Source of the DNA: Oscillospiraceae bacterium
GTDB taxonomy: Bacteria; Bacillota; Clostridia; UBA1212; UBA1255
Length of the DNA: 64,000 nucleotides
NCBI GenBank assembly: GCA_015069165.1
Contig: SVJD01000002.1
Coordinates: forward strand, 1,385 to 65,384
Direction of reading: 5' to 3'
Positions 9,062-17,989 of the stretch are shown here, one piece after another (the first letter of the stretch is position 1; each line of letters opens with the position of its first letter). The notes under the pieces were generated by a model. The model was given only the letters and a program-made list of their open reading frames with translations, ran no database searches and had not been told where the DNA came from. The position numbers were made by a program, and so were the translations under genes.

Positions 9062-10958
9062 TTCCGTTAAGCCAAAAACAAACAAGAAATCTACAATAAA
9101 AAGAATCTTGAAAATGCTTATAGAGTTTTTTCCGGTTTTAATTCCCGTGACTGCCGTATGTATTATTTTTTCTGCGATAGTTTCCGTTATACCGGCACTT
9201 TTTACTCAGAAAATATACGAAATTATAGGCAATCCTGACAATTTCGGTAAATGGGATTACGTTTTTGACAAAATATTGCCTCTTATTATATGGCTCATTT
9301 GCGTATATTTGCTTTCGCTTTTGTCAATTACAACGTATACACAGCTTATGGCGTATATAACCCACAGGTTTTTGCACAAAACAAGACGTAAAATGTTTGA
9401 CGGTATGCAAAATTTACCCATTAAATACTTTGATACTCACAAACACGGTGACATAATGAGCCACTATACAAATGACCTTGATACGCTTCGTGAACTTGTT
9501 GCAAATGCCATGCCTACGCTTTTGCAATCGTGCGTAATAGTTGTCGGTGTTTTAAGTGTTATGATTTATTACAGTATATGGATGACATTGATTGTCTTGT
9601 GCGGCGTTTTTGTAATGATGCTTGTTTCTAAGAAAATCGGCGGCGGCTCTGCTAAATATTTCGTGCGACAACAAAAATCAATAGGTCAAGCAGAGGGTTT
9701 CGTTCAGGAAATGATGAACGGACAAAAAGTTGTTAAAGTATTTAATCACGAAAAAGAAAGTGAAGAAGACTTCGAAAAGATAAATGAACAGCTTTTCCAA
9801 GACAGCCGAAGAGCCCATGCATACGCAAACGTACTGGGTCCCATTATTATGAATATCGGTAATATTTTATACGTTATAGTGGCTGTTTGCGGTGGCTTGT
9901 TCATTCTTTTGAATGCTAAAAATGTCAGTTTGTCGGGAATGGCTTTCAATATAAGTATTGTAGTGCCTTTTATGAATATGACGAAGCAGTTTACAGGAAA
10001 TGTAAACCAGGTTTCTCAGCAAATCAACATTATCGTAATGGGACTTGCCGGCGCGCAAAGAATTTTTGAACTTATGGATCAAGAACCCGAAGTAGATGAC
10101 GGTTATGTAACATTGGTAAATGCTGAAATAGATGAAAACGGAAATATTACCGAAACGAAGAAGCGTACAGGCAAATGGGCTTGGAAGCATCCGCATCACG
10201 ATGGCACTTTGACATATACACAGCTCAAAGGCGATGTAAGACTTGTGGGTGTTGATTTTTCATATACCGAGGGCAAACAAATTTTGCACGATGTTTCAGT
10301 ATATGCGGAGCCGGGACAAAAAGTTGCTTTTGTAGGAGCGACAGGCGCTGGTAAGACGACTATTACAAATCTTATAAATTGCTTCTATAACATAGAAGAC
10401 GGTAAGATCAGATATGACGGTATCAATATTAACAAGATCAAAAAAGACGACTTGCGCCGTTCTTTGGGTATTGTTTTACAAGAAACGAACCTCTTTACGG
10501 GAACGGTTATGGAAAATATACGTTACGGCAGACTTGATGCTACGGACGAGGAATGTATAGAAGCTGCGAAACTTTCGGGAGCAGACGATTTTATTACGCG
10601 TCTGCCTGAGGGTTACGAAACACAGCTTTCTAACAACGGAGCTAACCTTTCACAAGGACAAAGACAGCTTATTGCAATTGCAAGAGCGGCCGTTGCCGAT
10701 CCGCCGGTAATGATTCTTGACGAAGCAACTTCTTCAATAGATACAAGAACAGAAGCTATCGTTCAAAAAGGTATGGACAGACTTATGGAAGGCAGAACGG
10801 TATTTGTAATAGCACACCGTTTGTCTACAGTAAAGAATTCTGACGTAATAATGGTACTTGATAAGGGCAGAATTATAGAGCGCGGCGACCATAATAAGCT
10901 TATTGCAGAAAAAGGTACGTACTATCAGCTCTACACGGGTGCTTTTGAATTAGAATAG
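9051..10958 (+). CDS. ABC exporter, fused permease/ATPase subunit with a canonical ATPase site
   Basis: Walker A GATGAGKTT, Walker B MILDEATS, H-loop AHR, and a deviant signature LSQGQ. Start set at ATG 9051 (MKNDSVKPK...), overlapping the upstream stop by 11 nt; track ORF 9021..10958. Confidence 0.9.
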   Translation: MKNDSVKPKTNKKSTIKRILKMLIEFFPVLIPVTAVCIIFSAIVSVIPALFTQKIYEIIGNPDNFGKWDYVFDKILPLIIWLICVYLLSLLSITTYTQLMAYITHRFLHKTRRKMFDGMQNLPIKYFDTHKHGDIMSHYTNDLDTLRELVANAMPTLLQSCVIVVGVLSVMIYYSIWMTLIVLCGVFVMMLVSKKIGGGSAKYFVRQQKSIGQAEGFVQEMMNGQKVVKVFNHEKESEEDFEKINEQLFQDSRRAHAYANVLGPIIMNIGNILYVIVAVCGGLFILLNAKNVSLSGMAFNISIVVPFMNMTKQFTGNVNQVSQQINIIVMGLAGAQRIFELMDQEPEVDDGYVTLVNAEIDENGNITETKKRTGKWAWKHPHHDGTLTYTQLKGDVRLVGVDFSYTEGKQILHDVSVYAEPGQKVAFVGATGAGKTTITNLINCFYNIEDGKIRYDGININKIKKDDLRRSLGIVLQETNLFTGTVMENIRYGRLDATDEECIEAAKLSGADDFITRLPEGYETQLSNNGANLSQGQRQLIAIARAAVADPPVMILDEATSSIDTRTEAIVQKGMDRLMEGRTVFVIAHRLSTVKNSDVIMVLDKGRIIERGDHNKLIAEKGTYYQLYTGAFELE

Positions 10959-10970
10959 GTAGGTTTTTTG

Positions 10971-13628
10971 ATGCAAAGGCAAAATTTGGAAAAAATACTA
11001 AAATCAGACAAAACTAAAACAGGCTTTCTTTTGATGGCCTGTTTTGTGCTTCCCGGCATTATTTTGCTTGCTGTTTTAATATCTTACGGCTTTGCGCCTT
11101 TTGGCGAAAAGTCTTTGATGATTATGGATATGTCCGGACAGTATTCTGAATTTTTCTGCGGTTTGAAAAATATAAGCTCACAAAACGGCGGAATACTTTT
11201 CTCTTGGTCAAAGGCTTTAGGCAGTAATTATGCAGGAGTTTTCGCATATTATGTTGCCTCTCCGCTTTCGTTTTTAACGCTGTTCTTTCCTAATGAGCAA
11301 ATGCACATAGGGGTAATGTTTCTTACGATTTTGAAAATATCGCTATGCGGTTTGACATTCGGAATTCTTATGAATTATTTTAATAAAAACAAAGCCCGAA
11401 ATGTTATTTTTGCCGTATTTTACGCAATGATGTCATACAATATGGCGTATTCCATGTGCCTTATGTGGCTTGATGCCGTAATATGGCTGCCGATAATAAT
11501 TCTCGGTTTGGAAAAAATAGCAAAAGGCGGTAAACCTTACTTGCTTTGCATATCGTACGCCTTTTTGTTTATTTCCACATATTACATTTCGTATATGGTG
11601 GGGATATTTTCGTGCTTGTATGTGCTTTATATTTTCGTTCGCGAAGGAAAGCCGCTTTTACGTAAAAGTTTACAATTTTGTGCGAAATTTGCAGGAAGCG
11701 TTTTTGTTGCCGCCGGAATGGGTGCGTGGCTTTTGTTGCCTACGTTGTACTCTTTGTTTGAAGGCAAAATAGGAAATGCTTCTATCGTTCCGGAAAACGG
11801 TGTCAACTACGAACTTACACGTATTTTGAATAAATTCTTTATCGGTGCGTATGACGGCATTACGAATAGCGGCACACCGTTTTTCTACTGCGGAATGATT
11901 GTGTTTGCTTTGTATTTCGGCTACTTTTTTATAAAAAGCATTTCTGTAAAAGAAAAAGTAATGACAATTGTAATCACTTTGTTTTTGGCAATAAGCACGT
12001 ATTTTTACAAACTTGACGTTATGTGGCACGTTTTTCAAGCACCGAATTGGTTTCCGTACAGATATTTCTTTTTGTTTGGATTTATAGTGATTTTTACGGC
12101 GGCAAAAGCAGCGGCAAAATTTAAAGAAATTCCGTGGGCAAGTCATATATCCTTTTCAATATTGGCGTTGGGTTTTTGCTTTTATGTCAAAAAGATTCCT
12201 GACAGCGATATTCCGCAGGAAGTATATGAATTTACGGTTGCGTTTTTAGTTATAACCGTGATATTGCTTTTTGCTTTTGTGCTTTTGCAAAAGTTAGGAA
12301 AGAGAAAAGACAGTAAAACCGTAAAAATTGTGACGGTAGTTTTGTTTGCCTGTGTTTTAATGACATCAGTCGCTGAAACATATACGAATGCACGTTTTAT
12401 ATTCGCAGGGCTTGACAGCTCACACAGATTTGAAGCGTATGAGGAACATCGAGATTATAAAATATTAACTGAGCAGTTGGCAGAGGCGGCGCAAAAAGAT
12501 TCCGACGGGGAATTTTACAGAATAGGAACAGGCTTCCAGCGTACTTTTAATGAGCCGATTGCTCTGGGTTATGGCGGCATAAATCATTACAGTTCGTCTT
12601 TTAACAGTAATTTAAACAGCTTTTTCAAAAAAATGGGATTTGCTCAAAGTTGGTATTGGAGTTCTTATGCCGGTTCTACTGCTGTAACTGATGCTCTGTT
12701 TTCAGTAGAATATGTAATGATTGATGATGAAATTTCGAGAATTGATGATAAAGGAAAGATAATTTCCTGGTGCAGTGTGCCTTATGAACATTATGAAAAG
12801 GTAATGTCTGTTGAATCTGCTGTGTTATATAAAAATCCGAGTGTTTTATCTCCTTGTATCGCAGTCAGCAACGATTTGGCGAATTTTGATTGGCAATCTA
12901 ACGGTGTGGAGTCACAGAATTATTTGCTTAATTGTATGCTTGGTAATGATGAATCATATTTTCTTGAAATTACAGATTCGCAAAGCGGCATTTTTGAAGA
13001 AAAAGGTGACGGTTACACGGAGTTTAATATAGAAGTTCCTAAAACAGGAGCATTGTATGCGTATTTTCCGACTTACAACGATAGTACGGAAATGACAATA
13101 AATGACAAATACGGCATTACATTGTTTACAGGAGAAACAGATTGCACTCAATTTATCGGATATTTTGATGCAGGCGAAAGTGTAAGCGTGCGTTTACATT
13201 CCGACAGAGTAAACACAAACGGACGCGTATTCTATTTACTTGATGAAGAAAATTTCTCACAAGCAGTAGAAAAGTTACAACAAAACTCGCTTGATGTTAC
13301 AAGTTGGTCGTCGGGTGTTATAGAGGGAAATATCAATGTTTCAGAGGATGGTTTTGCCTTCACAAGCCTTGTGTATGACGAGGCATGGAGTGTTAAAGTT
13401 GACGGTAAAGAAGTCGAAACGCATGCGCTTCAAGACGGACTTATGTATTTCGACATCACAGAAGGCAGTCATAAAGTGGAAATTGAATATAATGTGCCCG
13501 GATTTGCGGTAGGTTTGGGAATAACAATTATGACTGTTGCAGCATTGGCTGTGTGGTGTATATTTCGTTTGAAAAACGAAAAACGATATAGTACTACTAT
13601 AAAACAAAATTATGAATACGGAGAGTGA
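10971..13628 (+). CDS. YfhO-family polytopic membrane protein (putative glycosyltransferase)
   Basis: 885 aa with many TM segments. The N-terminal motif FAPFGEKSLMIMDMSGQYSEFF and the large C-terminal extracytoplasmic domain are typical of YfhO. Confidence 0.75.
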   Translation: MQRQNLEKILKSDKTKTGFLLMACFVLPGIILLAVLISYGFAPFGEKSLMIMDMSGQYSEFFCGLKNISSQNGGILFSWSKALGSNYAGVFAYYVASPLSFLTLFFPNEQMHIGVMFLTILKISLCGLTFGILMNYFNKNKARNVIFAVFYAMMSYNMAYSMCLMWLDAVIWLPIIILGLEKIAKGGKPYLLCISYAFLFISTYYISYMVGIFSCLYVLYIFVREGKPLLRKSLQFCAKFAGSVFVAAGMGAWLLLPTLYSLFEGKIGNASIVPENGVNYELTRILNKFFIGAYDGITNSGTPFFYCGMIVFALYFGYFFIKSISVKEKVMTIVITLFLAISTYFYKLDVMWHVFQAPNWFPYRYFFLFGFIVIFTAAKAAAKFKEIPWASHISFSILALGFCFYVKKIPDSDIPQEVYEFTVAFLVITVILLFAFVLLQKLGKRKDSKTVKIVTVVLFACVLMTSVAETYTNARFIFAGLDSSHRFEAYEEHRDYKILTEQLAEAAQKDSDGEFYRIGTGFQRTFNEPIALGYGGINHYSSSFNSNLNSFFKKMGFAQSWYWSSYAGSTAVTDALFSVEYVMIDDEISRIDDKGKIISWCSVPYEHYEKVMSVESAVLYKNPSVLSPCIAVSNDLANFDWQSNGVESQNYLLNCMLGNDESYFLEITDSQSGIFEEKGDGYTEFNIEVPKTGALYAYFPTYNDSTEMTINDKYGITLFTGETDCTQFIGYFDAGESVSVRLHSDRVNTNGRVFYLLDEENFSQAVEKLQQNSLDVTSWSSGVIEGNINVSEDGFAFTSLVYDEAWSVKVDGKEVETHALQDGLMYFDITEGSHKVEIEYNVPGFAVGLGITIMTVAALAVWCIFRLKNEKRYSTTIKQNYEYGE

Positions 13629-13634
13629 ATTTTT

Positions 13635-14402
13635 ATGAGCGTTATGACATTGAAAATTATTGCGTGTATTTCGATGCTTCTTGACCATATAGGTTTTGTG
13701 TTCAACATCGAAATATTAAGAATTATAGGCAGAATTGCATTCCCTATATTCCTTTATTTGATTTACAACGGGTACAAGCATACCTCGAATAAATTGTTTT
13801 ATGCAATCAGATTGGGAGCTTTTGCAGCAATATCACAAGTGCCGTTCTCTCTTTTTACAACAGGTAAGATTTTTTGCGGTAACGGAAATATATTCGTTAC
13901 ATTGTTTATATGCTTAATCAGCATTTGGGTTACGGATATTATGCTTAGACATCGTGTGGCTAAGTGGGTTTCAATTATGCCGACTTTGGCAGTTTTGAGC
14001 ACATACTATTTTGGTCTGATTCACTCAGATTACGGTGAAAAAGCCATTATTTTATCATTTGTATTTTTGGTTTGCTCCGGTAAAGGGCTCGGCAAAAAAA
14101 TCCTTATGGTTTTGGGCTTTTTGGTGGCAGTTTACAACCGCTTTCTTTTGCAGTGGGCGATGCTTCCGTTTTATTGGATTTTGGGACAGAATCCCGGATG
14201 GCCTACGCTCAGTTCGTGGGCAACAGTGCAAATATTTTCATTACTTGCCTTACCTCTTATTTTCCTTTATAACGGCAAAAAAGGCAAGTGGCCGATAGGA
14301 AATCCCAAAGAGAAATGGGTACAGTACGGCTTTTATTTGTTTTACCCTGCACACTTAACACTTTTGTGGCTCGTTGCAGTTGTCATAAAAGCTTTGATGT
14401 GA
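13635..14402 (+). CDS. TraX-family membrane protein
   Basis: LKIIACISMLLDHIGFVF...IGRIAFPIFLYL...ISQVPFSLF matches the TraX family signature. Polytopic. Confidence 0.7.
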   Translation: MSVMTLKIIACISMLLDHIGFVFNIEILRIIGRIAFPIFLYLIYNGYKHTSNKLFYAIRLGAFAAISQVPFSLFTTGKIFCGNGNIFVTLFICLISIWVTDIMLRHRVAKWVSIMPTLAVLSTYYFGLIHSDYGEKAIILSFVFLVCSGKGLGKKILMVLGFLVAVYNRFLLQWAMLPFYWILGQNPGWPTLSSWATVQIFSLLALPLIFLYNGKKGKWPIGNPKEKWVQYGFYLFYPAHLTLLWLVAVVIKALM

Positions 14403-14439
14403 TAAAATTTAATTGACTTTTTGTCAAGGAGAAAATTAA

Positions 14440-15258
14440 ATGAAATTAGTTAAAATGCACGGTCTGGGCAATGATTACGTATACGCAGACTGTATAAAAG
14501 AAACAATAGAAAATCCGGCAGAGCTTGCAGTTAAAATTTCCGACAGACATTTCGGAGTGGGAGCAGACGGACTTATTATGATTTGTCCGTCGCAAAAAGC
14601 AGAGTTCGAAATGCGCCTTTACAACGCAGACGGCTCTTACGCTCAAATGTGCGGCAACGGAATACGATGCACTGCGAAATATTTGTACGACAACGGTTAT
14701 GTTACAAAAGACAGTGTTGACATTGAATCCGGCGGACAAGTGAAACACATCCAACTAAAAATCGAAAACGGTGTGTGCGTTGGCTCACGAGTTGATATGG
14801 GTGTTCCTGTAATTCCGGGAGTAAAAGGCTGGACAGATTCACACGTTGATTTGGAAGTGGACGGCGAAATTCATAATTTAACACTTGTTGATATGGGAAA
14901 TCCTCACGGAGTTAAATTTATAGACGATGTTGACAATCTCGACATCGAAAGCATAGGCCCGAAGCTTGAAAATCATAAATTTTTCCCCAACCGAGCCAAT
15001 ATTGAGTTTATAGAAGTTGTTGATGACCATACGCTCAAAATGCGAGTGTGGGAAAGGGGTTCCGGCGAAACATTTGCTTGCGGAACAGGTGCTACAGCGG
15101 CAGCAGTGGCGGCTATTCTGAATGGCTACTGCAAGCCGGGAGACGTGTTGGTGCACTTGCTTGGCGGAGACCTTATAATAACTTGGGACGGAAAAGGAAC
15201 TGCCCTTATGGAAGGCTCTGCAACGTACGTATTTGAAATAACAAATTTGAATTTATAA
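14440..15258 (+). CDS. dapF: Diaminopimelate epimerase
   Basis: MHGLGNDYVY, and the catalytic-Cys motifs MCGNGIRC and ACGTGATAAA. Confidence 0.92.
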   Translation: MKLVKMHGLGNDYVYADCIKETIENPAELAVKISDRHFGVGADGLIMICPSQKAEFEMRLYNADGSYAQMCGNGIRCTAKYLYDNGYVTKDSVDIESGGQVKHIQLKIENGVCVGSRVDMGVPVIPGVKGWTDSHVDLEVDGEIHNLTLVDMGNPHGVKFIDDVDNLDIESIGPKLENHKFFPNRANIEFIEVVDDHTLKMRVWERGSGETFACGTGATAAAVAAILNGYCKPGDVLVHLLGGDLIITWDGKGTALMEGSATYVFEITNLNL

Positions 15259-15291
15259 TATTGAAATTTATTTAACAGGAGGATGTTTGAA

Positions 15292-15999
15292 ATGTATTCA
15301 TTAGAGCAAGAATTAAAAGGAAATTCATATCCCGGCAGAGGAATTGTAATAGGTAAGTCAAAGGACGGTAAATATGCCGTAACTGCATATTTTATTATGG
15401 GAAGAAGCGTTAACAGCAGAAACCGTGTTTTCGCAGAAGACGGACAGGGAATCCGCACACAAGCATTTGATCCTTCAAAATTGAGCGATCCCAGCCTTAT
15501 TATTTATGCTCCCGTAAGAGTTTTGGGAAATAAAACTATTGTTACAAACGGTGATCAGACTGATACCATTTATGAGCTTATGGACAAGCAACAAACTTTT
15601 GAGCAAGCATTGCGTACAAGAGAATTTGAACCTGATGCTCCTAACTACACCCCCAGAATTTCAGGTATAATGCACGTTGAAGATGGCAAATACAATTACG
15701 CAATGTCAATTTTGAAGTCAAACTACGGAAATCCTGACAGCTGTAATCGCTTTACGTTTGCTTATGAAAATCCCATTGCCGGAGAAGGAAGATTCATTCA
15801 TACATATAAGTGCGACGGCAATCCTCTTCCCAGCTTTGAGGGCGAGCCCAAACAAGTTGCAATAGAAGGCGATATAGATGAGTTTACAAATATGTTGTGG
15901 ACAAATCTTAACGAAGATAACAAAGTTTCTTTGTTTGTAAGATATATTGATATCGAAACAGGCAAATACGAAACAAGAATTATCAATAAAAATAAATAA
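15292..15999 (+). CDS. IMP cyclohydrolase, PurO-like (stand-alone)
   Basis: NSYPGRGIVIGKS...AYFIMGRSVNSRNRVF resembles the archaeal-type IMP cyclohydrolase family. It lies immediately upstream of an AICARFT-only purH. ATG 15292 is preferred: AGGAGG lies 8 nt upstream. Confidence 0.75.
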   Translation: MYSLEQELKGNSYPGRGIVIGKSKDGKYAVTAYFIMGRSVNSRNRVFAEDGQGIRTQAFDPSKLSDPSLIIYAPVRVLGNKTIVTNGDQTDTIYELMDKQQTFEQALRTREFEPDAPNYTPRISGIMHVEDGKYNYAMSILKSNYGNPDSCNRFTFAYENPIAGEGRFIHTYKCDGNPLPSFEGEPKQVAIEGDIDEFTNMLWTNLNEDNKVSLFVRYIDIETGKYETRIINKNK

Positions 16000-16015
16000 T
16001 ATTTCGGAGGCTAAA

Positions 16016-17197
16016 ATGACAGAATTAGAATTAAAATACGGATGTAACCCTAATCAGAAACCGTCAAAAATCTTTATGAAAAACGGTAAAGAATTACCCA
16101 TAAAAATTCATTCGGGCAGACCGGGATATATAAACTTCCTCGATGCTTTTAATGGTTGGCAACTTGTAAAAGAACTTAAGCAAGCAACGGGTATTCCGGC
16201 GGCAACATCTTTCAAACACGTTTCTCCCGCAGGTGCTGCAGTAGGTCTCCCTTTAAATGATGTTGAAAGAAAAATTTACTGGATTGATGATATTGACTTT
16301 GAGCTTTCTCCCATAGCTAACGCTTATGCAAGAGCGAGAGGTGCAGACAGAATGTCTTCTTTCGGAGATTTCATTGCGCTTTCTGATGTTTGCGATAAAG
16401 CAACAGCACTTTTGATTAAAAGAGAGGTTTCCGACGGCGTAATAGCTCCGGGCTACACAGATGAAGCTTTGGAAATTTTAAAAGAAAAGAAAAAGGGCGG
16501 CTACAACGTAATCGAAATCGACCCTGAATATATGCCTGAGCCTATAGAACACAAAGATGTTTACGGCATCACATTTGAACAAGGCAGAAACGAGCTTAAA
16601 ATCGAAGAAGGTTTCTTTGACCAAATCGTTACAAAGAACAAAGAACTTCCCGAAAGCGCGAAAATTGACCTTACAATTGCTATGATTACTTTGAAATACA
16701 CACAGTCAAACTCTGTTTGCTATGTAAAAGGCGGACAAGCAATCGGAATCGGTGCCGGACAGCAATCACGTATTCATTGTACACGCCTTGCAGGCAGCAA
16801 AGCAGATAACTGGTTCCTTCGTCAATCACCGCAAGTATTGGGTCTTCAGTTTGTAGATGATATTAAACGTGCAGACCGCGACAATGCTATTGATTTGTAC
16901 ATCGGAGAGGACTACATGGATGTTCTTGCAGAGGGCGAGTGGCAGCGTATATTTAAGGTTAAACCGGCAGTGTTTACAGCAGAAGAAAAGCGCGCTTGGC
17001 TCGACAAGAACACAGATGTTGCTTTGGGATCTGATGCATTCTTCCCGTTCGGAGATAATATTGAGCGCGCACACAAGAGCGGCGTTAAATACGTTGCTGA
17101 ACCGGGCGGCTCTATTCGTGATGATCATGTTATTGATACATGCGACAAGTACGGAATGGTAATGAGCTTTACGGGAATAAGACTTTTCCACCATTGA
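16016..17197 (+). CDS. purH: AICAR formyltransferase (PurH C-terminal domain only)
   Basis: MTELELKYGCNPNQK...FKHVSPAGAA...GAGQQSRIHCTRLA...EPGGSIRD are AICARFT motifs, and there is no MGS-like IMPCH domain. Start ATG 16016 with GGAGG upstream. Confidence 0.85.
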   Translation: MTELELKYGCNPNQKPSKIFMKNGKELPIKIHSGRPGYINFLDAFNGWQLVKELKQATGIPAATSFKHVSPAGAAVGLPLNDVERKIYWIDDIDFELSPIANAYARARGADRMSSFGDFIALSDVCDKATALLIKREVSDGVIAPGYTDEALEILKEKKKGGYNVIEIDPEYMPEPIEHKDVYGITFEQGRNELKIEEGFFDQIVTKNKELPESAKIDLTIAMITLKYTQSNSVCYVKGGQAIGIGAGQQSRIHCTRLAGSKADNWFLRQSPQVLGLQFVDDIKRADRDNAIDLYIGEDYMDVLAEGEWQRIFKVKPAVFTAEEKRAWLDKNTDVALGSDAFFPFGDNIERAHKSGVKYVAEPGGSIRDDHVIDTCDKYGMVMSFTGIRLFHH

Positions 17198-17227
17198 TGG
17201 TTGTTTGGAATATATAAATGTTAGTAA

Positions 17228-17257
17228 GTGAGAAGATTCGTCTTCTCACTTTTTTTC
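17228..17257 (+). terminator. Rho-independent terminator after purH
   Basis: GTGAGAAGA-TTCG-TCTTCTCAC followed by TTTTTTTC. Confidence 0.8.
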
Positions 17258-17351
17258 TTGCACACAGAGTACAGATAAAGTGCCGGTGTATTCTGTTTTC
17301 GATAATTTTGCGTATTTATGTATTTTAATCGAAAGTGAAAAAGCGCTTTTG

Positions 17352-17453
17352 TACCCGATAGGGTATATTTTTGATGTTTGTGAATATTTTAATCCCTATC
17401 GGGTATAATTGTAGTGTAAAACTATTGATATTATACCCGATAGGGTGTATAAT
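17352..17453. promoter_or_regulatory. Three near-palindromic operator-like sites plus -10 boxes upstream of the HTH gene
   Basis: TACCCGATAGGGTA (17352-17365), ATCCCTATCGGGTAT (17392-17406, inverted) and TACCCGATAGGGTG (17434-17447). A TATAAT box (17448-17453) directly follows site 3, and a TATAAT-like box (17404-17409) overlaps the end of site 2. Confidence 0.55.
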
Positions 17454-17459
17454 GCGGAT

Positions 17460-17660
17460 ATGAATACAATTGCTGAATTTATCAAACAAAAAAGAAAAGA
17501 GGCAGGACTCACTCAAGAAGATTTTGCACTTCGTTCAGGACTTGGTCTTCGTTTTGTTCGTGAACTTGAACAAGGTAAAGAAACGGTCCGTATGGACAAA
17601 GTGAATCAAGCTCTTTCAATGTTTGGCATGAAGGCAGTTCCCGGAAGGAAGGATGACTAA
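17460..17660 (+). CDS. hipB: XRE-family HTH protein, HipB-like antitoxin/repressor
   Basis: IKQKRKEAGLTQEDFALRSGLGLRFVRELEQGK is an HTH_3 motif. It is the first gene of the cassette, and its stop overlaps the next start (TAATG). ATG 17460 is preferred over the GTG at 17445. Confidence 0.8.
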   Translation: MNTIAEFIKQKRKEAGLTQEDFALRSGLGLRFVRELEQGKETVRMDKVNQALSMFGMKAVPGRKDD

Positions 17661-17989
17661 TGGAAGCATACAGAACAGCGTATGTATATGTGCGGGACGC
17701 TTTTGCAGGAACTTTGAAAGAGACTGATTCGGGATATTCTTTTATTTATGATGACGAGTATCTTAAAGGCGAGAATCTTTCTCCTGTAAGCTTAACTCTG
17801 CCTATTCAAAATGAAGAGTATACGTCTAAAACACTCTTTGCATTTTTTGATGGCCTTATTCCGGAAGGCTGGCTGCTTGATATCGTTACCCACAACTGGA
17901 AGATAGACCGCAAAGATCGTTTTGGATTATTACTTGTTGCATGTAAAGACCCTATTGGTAACGTTCGAATAAAGGGGGCGAAGGAATGA
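17660..17989 (+). CDS. hipS: HipA N-terminal subdomain protein (HipS-like)
   Basis: 109 aa: VYVRDAFAGTLKETDSGYSFIYDDEYL...LPIQNEEYTSKTLFAFFDGLIPEGWL matches the 'couple_hipA' N-terminal subdomain as a stand-alone ORF. An ATGA overlap links it to the kinase gene. Confidence 0.8.
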   Translation: MEAYRTAYVYVRDAFAGTLKETDSGYSFIYDDEYLKGENLSPVSLTLPIQNEEYTSKTLFAFFDGLIPEGWLLDIVTHNWKIDRKDRFGLLLVACKDPIGNVRIKGAKE

